Below, one piece after another: positions 8,308 to 16,820 of a stretch of 64,000 bases of DNA (positions are counted from its first letter, which is position 1; every line of letters begins with the position of its first letter). Origin of the DNA: a virus. Taxonomy: Duplodnaviria; Heunggongvirae; Uroviricota; Caudoviricetes. The translations under genes and the position numbers were made by a program. The stretch lies in the IMG/VR virus record IMGVR_UViG_3300042554_002438. One strand, 5' to 3'. Under the pieces are notes generated by a model. The model was not told the origin of the DNA and ran no database searches. It saw only the letters and a program-made list of their open reading frames with translations.

Positions 8308-9702
8308 TTAAAATACTAATCTAATTCTTCTAGCACCAGCGGCTAACCCAGTGTGTGTGTACCTAGTGTAATTAACACTATTACCTTGAATAGTATTTGT
8401 TACAGCACTTGTGCTAAATTCACTTATTTTATTTGCCGAATCAAATTGGTTTGAAACCACGTTAAAATAATTAACCGCAACCAAAGGTCTAGCAGTTGTC
8501 CAAGCAACTGGTATCTCAAATTTATGCTTAACAGAATTATCTTCTGGTTCCGCAACAAAAAGAATCTCAATATTATTACTGTACAACATTGACACTAAAG
8601 TTTGTTTTGTCAACGTGTTAATGTTAACTGTTGTTCCAAACAAAGGATAAACACCCTCAAATAAAGCGTTTGCGTTAACCGTACCAGCATTTGTAAAATT
8701 AGTATCGATAAAGTTTGATCCGTCATCATAAACTGGTTGTTGACCAACATTATAATCGACAGCAAGTTGCCATTGATTTAGACCTTGAACAACTACATAA
8801 TTATTTATTGTGGTGCTGTCAGTTAATGAGCTACTAACATTAGTAATCGTACCAACAATACCTTGACCCGTATAATTGTAATCAATTGGGTTACCCATGT
8901 ATTTAACTGGTTGGCCTGTCACTGTCGATTGGCCTCTGGTATATCCAGCGTTAAGTGTTAAATTATTTGTGTAGCCAATTTCGATTAGAGAAGCGTTAAA
9001 CGGCGCCCCTTCACTTAAAGATGCTGAGCTATAAAATATCGTTGGTGCTATTGCTGGATAAAATATTTCTTGTATAATTTCGTGTATCGTCTTACCACCA
9101 ACAAACGGGCTCGAATTTATCGTTATACCACCGACCGTTTTTTTAACTGGGTTTGGGTTTTCAAAAGTAAACGCTGGAGCCAAATCGATTACAATCGTGC
9201 CACCACCAGCTTGTTCTAAAATTTCTGTAATATTTGTAGTTCCACCTGTTGTTGCATTTGTGGTACCACCTGTTATTTCAGTATCGCCACCAGATGCGTT
9301 TATGGTTACAATTGTTTTGCCACTGATAGGATCGTCTGTTACTGTAACATTATCACCAACAAAATTTAATACAGTTCGCTCTACTAATGGTATACCTTCG
9401 TCTTCAATTGTAACATAACCGCCAGGTACTCCAGTTCCAATTTGTCTCCAAACTGTATATGTGGTTGGGCCTTCTGTATAAGATGTGATAAAATTACCAG
9501 AACCATACTGATTATACACATATTCAGTATGTGTCATTTCGCAGTAGTAAATTATACCAACCGCGTCAATTTTTCTCAACACATATTGACCCTCTAAATA
9601 ACCTTTTTTAGTCCACTCCGCGATATTAAGGTAGACTAAGTTACCATCTAATTCGGTGTGACTTAAAGGCCTGGGTAAATTGTTTCTTAAAATTAATGAC
9701 AT
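8308..9702 (-). CDS. putative tail fibre/virion structural protein
   Basis: N-terminal LILRNNLPRPLSHTELDGNLVYL; Gly/Thr-rich beta-type sequence. Confidence 0.65.
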   Translation of the reverse strand: MSLILRNNLPRPLSHTELDGNLVYLNIAEWTKKGYLEGQYVLRKIDAVGIIYYCEMTHTEYVYNQYGSGNFITSYTEGPTTYTVWRQIGTGVPGGYVTIEDEGIPLVERTVLNFVGDNVTVTDDPISGKTIVTINASGGDTEITGGTTNATTGGTTNITEILEQAGGGTIVIDLAPAFTFENPNPVKKTVGGITINSSPFVGGKTIHEIIQEIFYPAIAPTIFYSSASLSEGAPFNASLIEIGYTNNLTLNAGYTRGQSTVTGQPVKYMGNPIDYNYTGQGIVGTITNVSSSLTDSTTINNYVVVQGLNQWQLAVDYNVGQQPVYDDGSNFIDTNFTNAGTVNANALFEGVYPLFGTTVNINTLTKQTLVSMLYSNNIEILFVAEPEDNSVKHKFEIPVAWTTARPLVAVNYFNVVSNQFDSANKISEFSTSAVTNTIQGNSVNYTRYTHTGLAAGARRIRLVF

Positions 9703-9772
9703 TTATCGTGTATGCTTGGATATTCTTAAATTATTATCTATCCATAAATAGTTCGATACACGATAAATGTCA
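9697..9772. repeat. perfect 17-bp inverted repeat covering the start codon of 8308..9702 and enclosing a TATTTAT motif
   Basis: TGACATTTATCGTGTAT (9697-9713) / ATACACGATAAATGTCA (9756-9772); 42-nt loop with ATAAATAG at 9744-9751. Confidence 0.92.
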
Positions 9773-9787
9773 CCACAAATTCATATC

Positions 9788-10453
9788 TTATTTTTTCTTT
9801 CTTTCAAGAATCGAGTCAATCATACCATATTCTTTAGCTTCTGGTGATCTCATCCAATAATCCCTCTCAGAATCTTTATATACTTTGTCATAATCCTGGC
9901 CAGTATGTTTAGATATGATCTCATAAAGTTCGGTTTTTAACTTACCAATTTCCTTTGCTGTGATTTCAATATCAGTGGCTTGACCCTCAGCGCCCCCCAA
10001 AGGTTGGTGGATCATTATTCTTGAGTGGGGTAAGGCATATCTTTTACCCTTTGCCCCAGCACAAAGTAACACAGCGGCCATAGATGCGGCTAAACCCGTA
10101 CATATTGTTGATATTTCTGGTTTAATATACTGCATTGTATCGTAAATACCCAAACCAGCATAAACAGAACCACCAGGTGAGTTTACATAGATCTGAATTG
10201 GGGCTTCTTTGTCAATTGATTCCAGGTATAATAACTGAGCTTCTATAATATTGGAAACTCGATCATCAATCGCCGTACCCAAAAATATAACTCTTTCCAT
10301 CATTAATCTGGAAAACACGTCAATTTGAGCGACATTTAATTCGCGTTCTTCCATAATGTATGGAGTAACCGAACTCCTGTAATCACTTAATGTGATACTT
10401 GAAATACCCATATGCTTCGTTGCATAGTTTTTAAAATCGTTACCAATATTCAT
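9788..10453 (-). CDS. clpP: ATP-dependent Clp protease proteolytic subunit
   Basis: VFSRLMMERVIFLG, YVNSPGGSV, CTGLAASMAAVLL (catalytic Ser), RIMIHQPLGG (catalytic His). Confidence 0.97.
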   Translation of the reverse strand: MNIGNDFKNYATKHMGISSITLSDYRSSVTPYIMEERELNVAQIDVFSRLMMERVIFLGTAIDDRVSNIIEAQLLYLESIDKEAPIQIYVNSPGGSVYAGLGIYDTMQYIKPEISTICTGLAASMAAVLLCAGAKGKRYALPHSRIMIHQPLGGAEGQATDIEITAKEIGKLKTELYEIISKHTGQDYDKVYKDSERDYWMRSPEAKEYGMIDSILERKKK

Positions 10454-10480
10454 ATTTGTTTTTTTATAAATTTAATTAAT

Positions 10481-12157
10481 TTAGTTTAAATAATCAACCC
10501 ACATTTTATGATTTACACCCATTTTTTCACAAAAAGATTCAAAAGTTTTTTTCGAATAAACAAATCTAAAATTAACACTAGAGGCTAAGTTATTATTGTT
10601 ATTCTGAAAAGCTTGTGTGAAATTACTATGTGTGTATTTCATTTTGAGATTATTATCGTTAGTTATTCTAACCCTTTCGTATGCTGACATAGTGATTGGA
10701 TTAAAGTATATTGTTGATATTACGTTTTTGTTTTTAACAATGTTAAAAGATAATTTAATACTATCAAAATTAAAAACGCCGTGTCTAATAAAATTAAAAT
10801 CTTCTTCTGGTATTTTATTAATGTTTCTTAAAGAATAATTAACACTTATCTTTTCGTCTTTTTTAAAATATCTACCAAACCTTTTTAGTGTTTTATCATC
10901 AATTTTATAAGTACCAATGGCTACCGCTTCGAATAAACAATTTGCAATTTTTTTAAGTATTACTTCACAGTTTTTATAAGTCCATGTTGTGAGAAGAGTA
11001 TTCTCATGATTGTTTATTTTTATTTTTATACCAAAAAATTCAAATATTTTAAGCACCTTAAATATGTGGCCATCACCAGAATCTTTAAAACGTGAAATAT
11101 CATAATAGTTTAGATTGTACATTTTAGAGTATTTTTCCATTAAATCATACTCAGCGATTTCATTATTACTTGTAAAAAGTGTTGGTTTAAACACATTTTG
11201 ATTTAACTTACCGCCATTAAATTCATAAGCTAGTCTTAATTCGGTATAATCAATCCCATTTAACGCATGTGCATAACTTGTGGGATAACCAGCGCCATTT
11301 GGTTTTAAAAGGAATTCGTTTTCCTGGTTAACAATCAAACGCTTATACTTAAAAAGCAAACTGAAAAGTAATTCTTTGTCTTTGATTTTATAATAATCAC
11401 TCATGTAATCGACTATACCCAGTCCACGATATTTAGCTTTGTTTCTATTAAAAATATGTTGAAAATAGTATATAAAATTATATGAGATAATATCTATACT
11501 GTTTACCTTAAGATAATTTAAAAATGGGAACAACTCTAAAGCGGATGTATTTGGTGGGGTATATATAGGTTCCTCATCAAAAAAAGTTTTAACAATTGCT
11601 TTATAATCATTTGTTAGATTATGATAACCCAATTTACCATAAAACAACCTTATTGCCGTGTCCATATTCAAGTTATTTCTACTATCACTGATCATGCAAT
11701 TTAGTATTCGAGATGTCTCCATATTTGAGACATTTTTACGAATAAAGGTAGAATACCTTTTACCCATTTTTGATTTCCTATAAACACTGTAATCACCAGT
11801 TGTTTTATTAATTGTTAAGATCCTGGATGTTTTGGTTGTGATTTTAAATCTTTTGTATTTCAACTTTTTAACTGGCACCAATGTTTTGGCGAAAAGATAT
11901 TGTTTTAACGATATCGTGTTGTTGGTTAAATTTTCTGAAACAACAAAAGTTTCCCGATAAACGGTAACCTCACCATTGTTAGCCATTTCTTTTTTAAACT
12001 CATCCGAATCGACCTCAATGTGTTTTTGTCGCTCAAACGTGTGCTCAGATCCCCCCTCATCTTCCGAAAAAATTGCCTGAATGGTTGATACCACTGTTTC
12101 GGTTACTGATTTTGTAAGCTTCTCATCAACAAATTTGTAATGAATGATTTCTTCCAT
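10481..12157 (-). CDS. hypothetical protein, possibly PcfJ-like
   Basis: 558 aa ORF with its own host-type promoter; no decisive motif. Confidence 0.7.
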   Translation of the reverse strand: MEEIIHYKFVDEKLTKSVTETVVSTIQAIFSEDEGGSEHTFERQKHIEVDSDEFKKEMANNGEVTVYRETFVVSENLTNNTISLKQYLFAKTLVPVKKLKYKRFKITTKTSRILTINKTTGDYSVYRKSKMGKRYSTFIRKNVSNMETSRILNCMISDSRNNLNMDTAIRLFYGKLGYHNLTNDYKAIVKTFFDEEPIYTPPNTSALELFPFLNYLKVNSIDIISYNFIYYFQHIFNRNKAKYRGLGIVDYMSDYYKIKDKELLFSLLFKYKRLIVNQENEFLLKPNGAGYPTSYAHALNGIDYTELRLAYEFNGGKLNQNVFKPTLFTSNNEIAEYDLMEKYSKMYNLNYYDISRFKDSGDGHIFKVLKIFEFFGIKIKINNHENTLLTTWTYKNCEVILKKIANCLFEAVAIGTYKIDDKTLKRFGRYFKKDEKISVNYSLRNINKIPEEDFNFIRHGVFNFDSIKLSFNIVKNKNVISTIYFNPITMSAYERVRITNDNNLKMKYTHSNFTQAFQNNNNNLASSVNFRFVYSKKTFESFCEKMGVNHKMWVDYLN

Positions 12158-12174
12158 ACTTTGATTTATTTCAG

Positions 12175-12205
12175 CAAATATAAGGAAGAATTTTTAATAA
12201 ACAAA
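12175..12205 (-). promoter_or_regulatory. Bacteroidota sigmaA-type promoter
   Basis: Minus strand TTTG-N19-TATATTTG, 17 nt upstream of ATG 12157. Confidence 0.7.
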
Positions 12206-12231
12206 AAAAAATGGGGGAAATTTCCCCCATT
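12203..12231 (-). terminator. intrinsic terminator of hsp20
   Basis: Palindrome AATGGGGGAAA|TTTCCCCCATT (12210-12231) followed by a U tract on the minus strand. Confidence 0.85.
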
Positions 12232-12613
12232 ATTTAATCTCGACAGTCACACTTTTTGTTTCTTCTTTTTTTCTCAATGGTACTTTGATTTTAAGTAACC
12301 CATTTTCCATTTTAGCTTCAGTTTTACTCAGATCGTGTGAGCTTGATAAGTAGTAACTGTATGAATTATCAACATAGCGCTTAACAAAACCTTCAGCGTT
12401 TTTAATATTAGTTTTAACAATTAATGTCCTACCAGAAACCTCAATTGATAAATGTTCTTTATCCAATCCTGGTAAAGGTAATTCCGTTAAAAACTCCTTG
12501 TCGCTTGGAATGTCATAAGATGTTCTAAAATCCTCATTGAAGATGTTAAATAATTCATCAAAGCTTTGCCATAAATTCTTTTGGCTTCTCATGTTTGTTC
12601 TTAGTGTGTTCAT
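12230..12613 (-). CDS. small heat-shock protein (Hsp20/alpha-crystallin)
   Basis: ELPLPGLDKEHLSIEV...AKMENGLLKIKVP. Confidence 0.92.
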   Translation of the reverse strand: MNTLRTNMRSQKNLWQSFDELFNIFNEDFRTSYDIPSDKEFLTELPLPGLDKEHLSIEVSGRTLIVKTNIKNAEGFVKRYVDNSYSYYLSSSHDLSKTEAKMENGLLKIKVPLRKKEETKSVTVEIK

Positions 12614-12665
12614 ATTTTTTTATTTTTAAATTTTTATTATACTGAAAATAAATTTACCAATTAAA

Positions 12666-12743
12666 TGCCAAATTAATTTAAAAGACATTTTGTCTTAATT
12701 TGGTTAATTTAAATAAAAAAGGACTGACAAAATGCCAGTCCTT
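12666..12743. promoter_or_regulatory. two GACA-N3-TG(T/C)C palindromes upstream of hsp20; possible operator
   Basis: AAGACA-ttt-TGTCTT (12682-12696) inside the CCAAATTA/TAATTTGG inverted repeat; CTGACA-aaa-TGCCAG (12724-12738); TGCCA half site at 12666. Confidence 0.45.
12715..12743 (-). terminator. intrinsic terminator closing the TROVE-ncRNA unit
   Basis: Minus strand AAGGACTGGCA-ttt-TGTCAGTCCTT followed by TTTTATTT. Confidence 0.75.
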
Positions 12744-12749
12744 AATTTC

Positions 12750-12809
12750 TGAGTGGGGGTCTATTGTATTTGGCTTTTCAATTTAAATAACAATTGCTGT
12801 AACCACTCA
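12750..12809 (-). ncRNA. candidate structured small RNA, unit 1 (Y-RNA-like?)
   Basis: Terminal stem UGAGUGG/CCACUCA, internal loop with UUACAGCA, inner stem AUUGU(U)AUUU/AAAUACAAU. Confidence 0.6.
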
Positions 12810-12887
12810 CATTAAATTCGAGGTACTATCGGAATCGTTTGAATCTTAAAGTGATCCGTCCTAGCTGGGTAAAACTTCCTTAGCTAA

Positions 12888-12975
12888 GGGAAGAGTTGGT
12901 TATGGCATCCGAAGATCCATAAACCTTTCTGTATAGCATAATTAATATTTAGTTAATTTTGCTGCAATTATTCCC
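12888..12975 (-). ncRNA. candidate structured small RNA, unit 2 (Y-RNA-like?)
   Basis: Terminal stem GGGAA/UUCCC, UUGCAGCAA near the 5' end, internal hairpin GGUUUAUGGAUC-UUCG-GAUGCCAUAACC (cUUCGg tetraloop, 12898-12925). Confidence 0.65.
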
Positions 12976-12989
12976 AATACCTCAATATT

Positions 12990-14390
12990 TTAAGCTGTAA
13001 TAGGCTCGTAACGTGCACTATGTACAGTTTTATTCATGATGCTGATTGGTGACATATCCTCACCAGTCAACAATGATTTTAAAATTGCTGGAGAAAACCC
13101 ACTCACCAATGCAGTACCGTTGTCGGTAGTCTGAACTGGGTAGTTTCCACCATTTCTGCTTTGAATGTTCCAGAATACCAATTTTGGCATTGTGTAACCA
13201 GCGGACTCGTATTGTTCACGAATCATATCCAAAGCGCTGTTTTTATAACGAGTTGCTGAATTGAACTCCATATCTGACATAATCAGAATAGTTGTTGGCA
13301 TCTCAGACTCTGGTAAGCTGAATTTTTTAGCTTGATTCAAGATCAAATTAAAAACCGCTTCCAAATTTGTACTCATACCCCAGTCAGCTCTCGCCAATTG
13401 CATGTGGCGATCACTTAAGTTACCGTTAAGGTATTGCAATTGTGGGTTTTCACTAAAAGTTATGAAAGCGTCTTTAAACTTACCTTCATTTCTTTCTGAA
13501 ATGTAAAGACCCAAAGAGATACAAACATCCATACATGTAACGTTAGCGTTACCACCAGCTGGTGAACTCATTGATCCAGATACATCGCATACTGGTAAAA
13601 CTCGCTCATTGTTACCTTCCATGTAATTAGGGAGTGAAGCCCATTGCTTCATAGCCATGGTTTTGTCCCCTCTAACTAATGTTTTCAACACATCATATGG
13701 ATATACCGCAGATGCGTTTACCTTAGTATCGCCAGTTTTGTAGGCTGTAAAACGTTCAGCATCGTGTTTACCAAATGCTTTAGTATAACGAGCCATAGCA
13801 ACAGATGGTACGTGTTCATATGTAACAACACCCCATTGATTTGAGCACATAAGTTGTTCAACCACCTTGGTTTTTTCAACCAACATCTTACGATATTGTT
13901 TAGGTGATAGCTTCATATAACGCTCCAATGCGATTGCTTCTTTACCTTTACGAGGCATCCATTTAGCGCAAAGACCATTATTTTCGTTAAGAGCATTAAC
14001 GATAAGGTTTTTTGCCTGGGTATCCAATGAGGTGCCAAATAACACTAAAAGATCGTCCCAACGTCCATATTCTGGAACGTATGATAGGTTTTTAGCCAAA
14101 GCCTCGTTATGGTTTTCAACCAAATAAAGCATTAAATCCTTGAAAATTTGACGCTCACCCGCACCACCACGAACGTCACGAGCCCAGAACATAGTTCTAA
14201 GAGCGGTTAATGGACTTTCGTTGAAAGCTTTTGAAAAGTTAGCGATTAATCTTCCCTTATCTTGACCACGCATCGCACCGATGGTGAAAAATAAATCAAC
14301 ACAAGCGTTCAATGATGAACTGTTAGTAACCATTCCGTTTTCGGTTACATTGTCTCTTGTTCTAAGAGCATTTACTAATGAGTTTGCCAT
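12990..14390 (-). CDS. TROVE/Ro60-like protein with a vWA domain (DUF2828 type)
   Basis: TENG...SSSLNACVDLFF, FWARDVRGGAGER, EYGRWDDL, AKWMPR, VNASAVYPYD, CDVSGSM (MIDAS DxSxS), IMSDMEF, VFWN, LVSGFSP. Confidence 0.92.
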   Translation of the reverse strand: MANSLVNALRTRDNVTENGMVTNSSSLNACVDLFFTIGAMRGQDKGRLIANFSKAFNESPLTALRTMFWARDVRGGAGERQIFKDLMLYLVENHNEALAKNLSYVPEYGRWDDLLVLFGTSLDTQAKNLIVNALNENNGLCAKWMPRKGKEAIALERYMKLSPKQYRKMLVEKTKVVEQLMCSNQWGVVTYEHVPSVAMARYTKAFGKHDAERFTAYKTGDTKVNASAVYPYDVLKTLVRGDKTMAMKQWASLPNYMEGNNERVLPVCDVSGSMSSPAGGNANVTCMDVCISLGLYISERNEGKFKDAFITFSENPQLQYLNGNLSDRHMQLARADWGMSTNLEAVFNLILNQAKKFSLPESEMPTTILIMSDMEFNSATRYKNSALDMIREQYESAGYTMPKLVFWNIQSRNGGNYPVQTTDNGTALVSGFSPAILKSLLTGEDMSPISIMNKTVHSARYEPITA

Positions 14391-14412
14391 ACAATAGGTT
14401 TTAATTAGGGTA

Positions 14413-14444
14413 CAAAAGTAATAAAGATTTTTTAAATAGTCAAG
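14413..14444 (-). promoter_or_regulatory. Bacteroidota sigmaA-type promoter for the TROVE gene
   Basis: Minus strand CTTG-N20-TACTTTTG, 22 nt upstream of ATG 14390. Confidence 0.65.
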
Positions 14445-14802
14445 TTTTTGGGCGTTTTTTTTTCAATTTTTTTTCAAACGCTACTTTAACCTCCTCATTT
14501 ATAGAGTATAAGAGTCCACCATCTTTATCCACACCACTAGCTTCTATGATACCATCTTCAATTAAATCATTGAAAGTTTCACCAATTACGGTAAGTCTAA
14601 CAGATTTAACAGATTCATCAAACTGTTCTGAGGTTATCTCTGGGGTTTCAAGCTTTTTTAGGTTGTTGGTTGAGTGCTTTAAAAATTCATCGTACAATTT
14701 GTCAGAATCCATAAACGGATTTTCAACTTCATTAAAAAACCCCTCTTCATCAAGAAGTTTTATACAATTTTTACAGTAAATTACCGATTCAATATTATCC
14801 AT
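14440..14802 (-). CDS. hypothetical protein
   Basis: 120 aa ORF. Confidence 0.7.
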   Translation of the reverse strand: MDNIESVIYCKNCIKLLDEEGFFNEVENPFMDSDKLYDEFLKHSTNNLKKLETPEITSEQFDESVKSVRLTVIGETFNDLIEDGIIEASGVDKDGGLLYSINEEVKVAFEKKLKKKRPKT

Positions 14803-14825
14803 GCCGCAATATTACGAAGATTTTA

Positions 14826-15194
14826 TCAAAAAACCAAATCAATCCCCTCTTTATTATCATAAGAGTCCATAATTTCGGTTATTTTATGATTGACCCAAGA
14901 TGGTAGTTTATCGTAATACTTTCTAAATAAAGTATAATCGGATTTGTCAATATCAAAAATTTCTGTTGGTGTATCTTCAAATGTGTTTTTTCTTTTTTCA
15001 TCAAAATACAATTCACCCACCTCACAAAAATATACCTTACTCAAGTTTGGGACTAAGTCTATTGATAAGTAAATATGTGATTTATCTGGCGATATGTAGT
15101 AGATTTTTAATTTTTTGTTTTCATAGTCGTAGACTCTGAATTTATAAATAAATAAGCTGTTAAGGTATTTAACCTTTTTATCAAAGTTTCTCAT
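14826..15194 (-). CDS. hypothetical protein
   Basis: 122 aa ORF. Confidence 0.65.
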   Translation of the reverse strand: MRNFDKKVKYLNSLFIYKFRVYDYENKKLKIYYISPDKSHIYLSIDLVPNLSKVYFCEVGELYFDEKRKNTFEDTPTEIFDIDKSDYTLFRKYYDKLPSWVNHKITEIMDSYDNKEGIDLVF

Positions 15195-15212
15195 CTTTTT
15201 ATCATTTAGTGA

Positions 15213-15257
15213 CTATTTATAGTAGAGCGTAAAAGATAAAAAACTTTTAAATAAATA
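15213..15257. promoter_or_regulatory. divergent pair of TATTTAT motifs
   Basis: CTATTTAT on + at 15213-15220 (towards gene 15267); ATAAATA at 15251-15257 (TATTTAT on -, towards gene 15194). Confidence 0.45.
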
Positions 15258-15266
15258 TCTCTAACT

Positions 15267-15662
15267 ATGATAAAAAGAAAAATTAAAGTAACCGAAAAAC
15301 AGATTGAGATGCTAGCTGAATCAGAAATGGCTAAGCTAAAAAAAGAAGACATTGAAAGTATGATTGGTGATCCAGAAGATAGGAAAATTGAATACCCAAG
15401 CGCTGGTGAAATAGAAGCCATAAAAAATGATATGGACATGCCATCGGGTGATGAGAGTGATGCAATTGACCCTAAGGATATGAAAACACCACCTCATGAA
15501 TTAATAGAATATTTGGATAAAATTGAAGAGGCTAAATCCATATTAAGTAAAGTTGCCGCTAAAGAGGACAACGAAAACATTAAAAACAGAATTTATGCAC
15601 ATTATGAGAAAGCTCAAAAATTAGCTTTCGAATTAATAAAAGAATTTGGTATCGTTCACTAA
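15267..15662 (+). CDS. acidic hypothetical protein, possible head-internal protein
   Basis: MIKRKIKVTEKQIEMLAESE N-terminus; followed by a terminator. Confidence 0.75.
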   Translation: MIKRKIKVTEKQIEMLAESEMAKLKKEDIESMIGDPEDRKIEYPSAGEIEAIKNDMDMPSGDESDAIDPKDMKTPPHELIEYLDKIEEAKSILSKVAAKEDNENIKNRIYAHYEKAQKLAFELIKEFGIVH

Positions 15663-15695
15663 CTGATACGTATTTTATCTTTTTTATTTTGATCA

Positions 15696-15728
15696 AAAGG
15701 TGGTTATATAACCACCTTTATTTTTTTA
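15696..15728 (+). terminator. intrinsic terminator
   Basis: AAAGGTGGTT-atat-AACCACCTTT followed by ATTTTTTTT. Confidence 0.8.
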
Positions 15729-15750
15729 TATAATTTAGTATTTTTAAAAT

Positions 15751-16380
15751 ATGTACGAAGTGGTATTATATAATAAAGGCAAAAGAGTTAAGGTTATAAA
15801 AAAATATAACCTGTACGGTAATGCAATTAAAAAATACAGGGATTTATTATCCAAAAATACCACATTTTTTCCAAAAGAAACTTTATGGAACGGTAGCAAA
15901 ACAGATTATGAATTGGTTTTAACGGCTCCACCAAAAAACAAAGCGAAAGAATTTTTCAGAAATGAACTTGGTGCTGTGGTTAAAATAAAAACATCGGGTA
16001 ATTTTGTTATCAAACAGGTAACAAAATATTCAGTAGAAGAAGTTTTTAGGGATAGATTAAATAATAAAAAATTACAATTTAAAGACTTAATAAAGTACCT
16101 ACTAAAAAAATCAAATACCACTTGTGTTGTTTATGTTATAAATAACAAATTGTTTATTGAGTACTTTGAAAATGATGACGTTAATTTATATGTTTTAAAA
16201 AATTGTGATGACGCTTACAGATTGTCTGAGACAATCAAACAATTCGCCAACGTAAACGAGTTACACAACTTTATATTTTTCCAGGAGCCCACTTTAGAAA
16301 ACAAAGTAAGGATCTATGATATTTTACAAGAAAAATATGGTGTAACCAGAGAATATATGTACAGATTGGGTACCAGGTAG
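15751..16380 (+). CDS. hypothetical protein
   Basis: 209 aa ORF whose stop abuts the convergent stop at 16381. Confidence 0.75.
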   Translation: MYEVVLYNKGKRVKVIKKYNLYGNAIKKYRDLLSKNTTFFPKETLWNGSKTDYELVLTAPPKNKAKEFFRNELGAVVKIKTSGNFVIKQVTKYSVEEVFRDRLNNKKLQFKDLIKYLLKKSNTTCVVYVINNKLFIEYFENDDVNLYVLKNCDDAYRLSETIKQFANVNELHNFIFFQEPTLENKVRIYDILQEKYGVTREYMYRLGTR

Positions 16381-16602
16381 TTACTTTTTAAGTTTAATTA
16401 TAAACTTAACGTTTCCAATAATTACCTCAAAAGTATTTTTAGATTTATATCCTTGCAAAGTTTTGTTATGTAAACGATAGGCCTCTTGTTGTAGGTTTTC
16501 GTGTTTAGCCTCATTTAAATATATTGTCATATCAGCTGTGGTTTTATCCCCGATAATCCCAACACATTCTTTTGATAGTTTATATAAGTCTTCAAGTTTC
16601 AT
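16381..16602 (-). CDS. hypothetical protein
   Basis: 73 aa; 4-nt overlap with the upstream gene. Confidence 0.65.
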   Translation of the reverse strand: MKLEDLYKLSKECVGIIGDKTTADMTIYLNEAKHENLQQEAYRLHNKTLQGYKSKNTFEVIIGNVKFIIKLKK

Positions 16603-16820
16603 ATGTACCTAAAAAATCTTCTAAGTTTTGTTTTAAATTTTTGTAAAAAAGATGGTTCTTTCTTAATATAAGTATTGTAATCTGAGATTTTTTCACCCAA
16701 ACCACTCTTCATTTGCTTGGCGAATTTTTGTTTCTCAATTTCATTTTCAATATGATCCTTACGAATTTCTTTGTCGAAAGCATCTAAATATTTTTGTATT
16801 TCTCCTTGGTTTTCCATCAT
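16599..16820 (-). CDS. hypothetical protein
   Basis: 73 aa; 4-nt overlaps on both sides. Confidence 0.65.
   Translation of the reverse strand: MMENQGEIQKYLDAFDKEIRKDHIENEIEKQKFAKQMKSGLGEKISDYNTYIKKEPSFLQKFKTKLRRFFRYI

Noticed and set aside
12811-12887. Possible tRNA between the two candidate RNAs (TAGCTAAGG and TTCAAAC on the - strand)
   Set aside because: No pairing acceptor stem or proper T-arm could be built; kept only as a tRNA-like hint within the ncRNA finding
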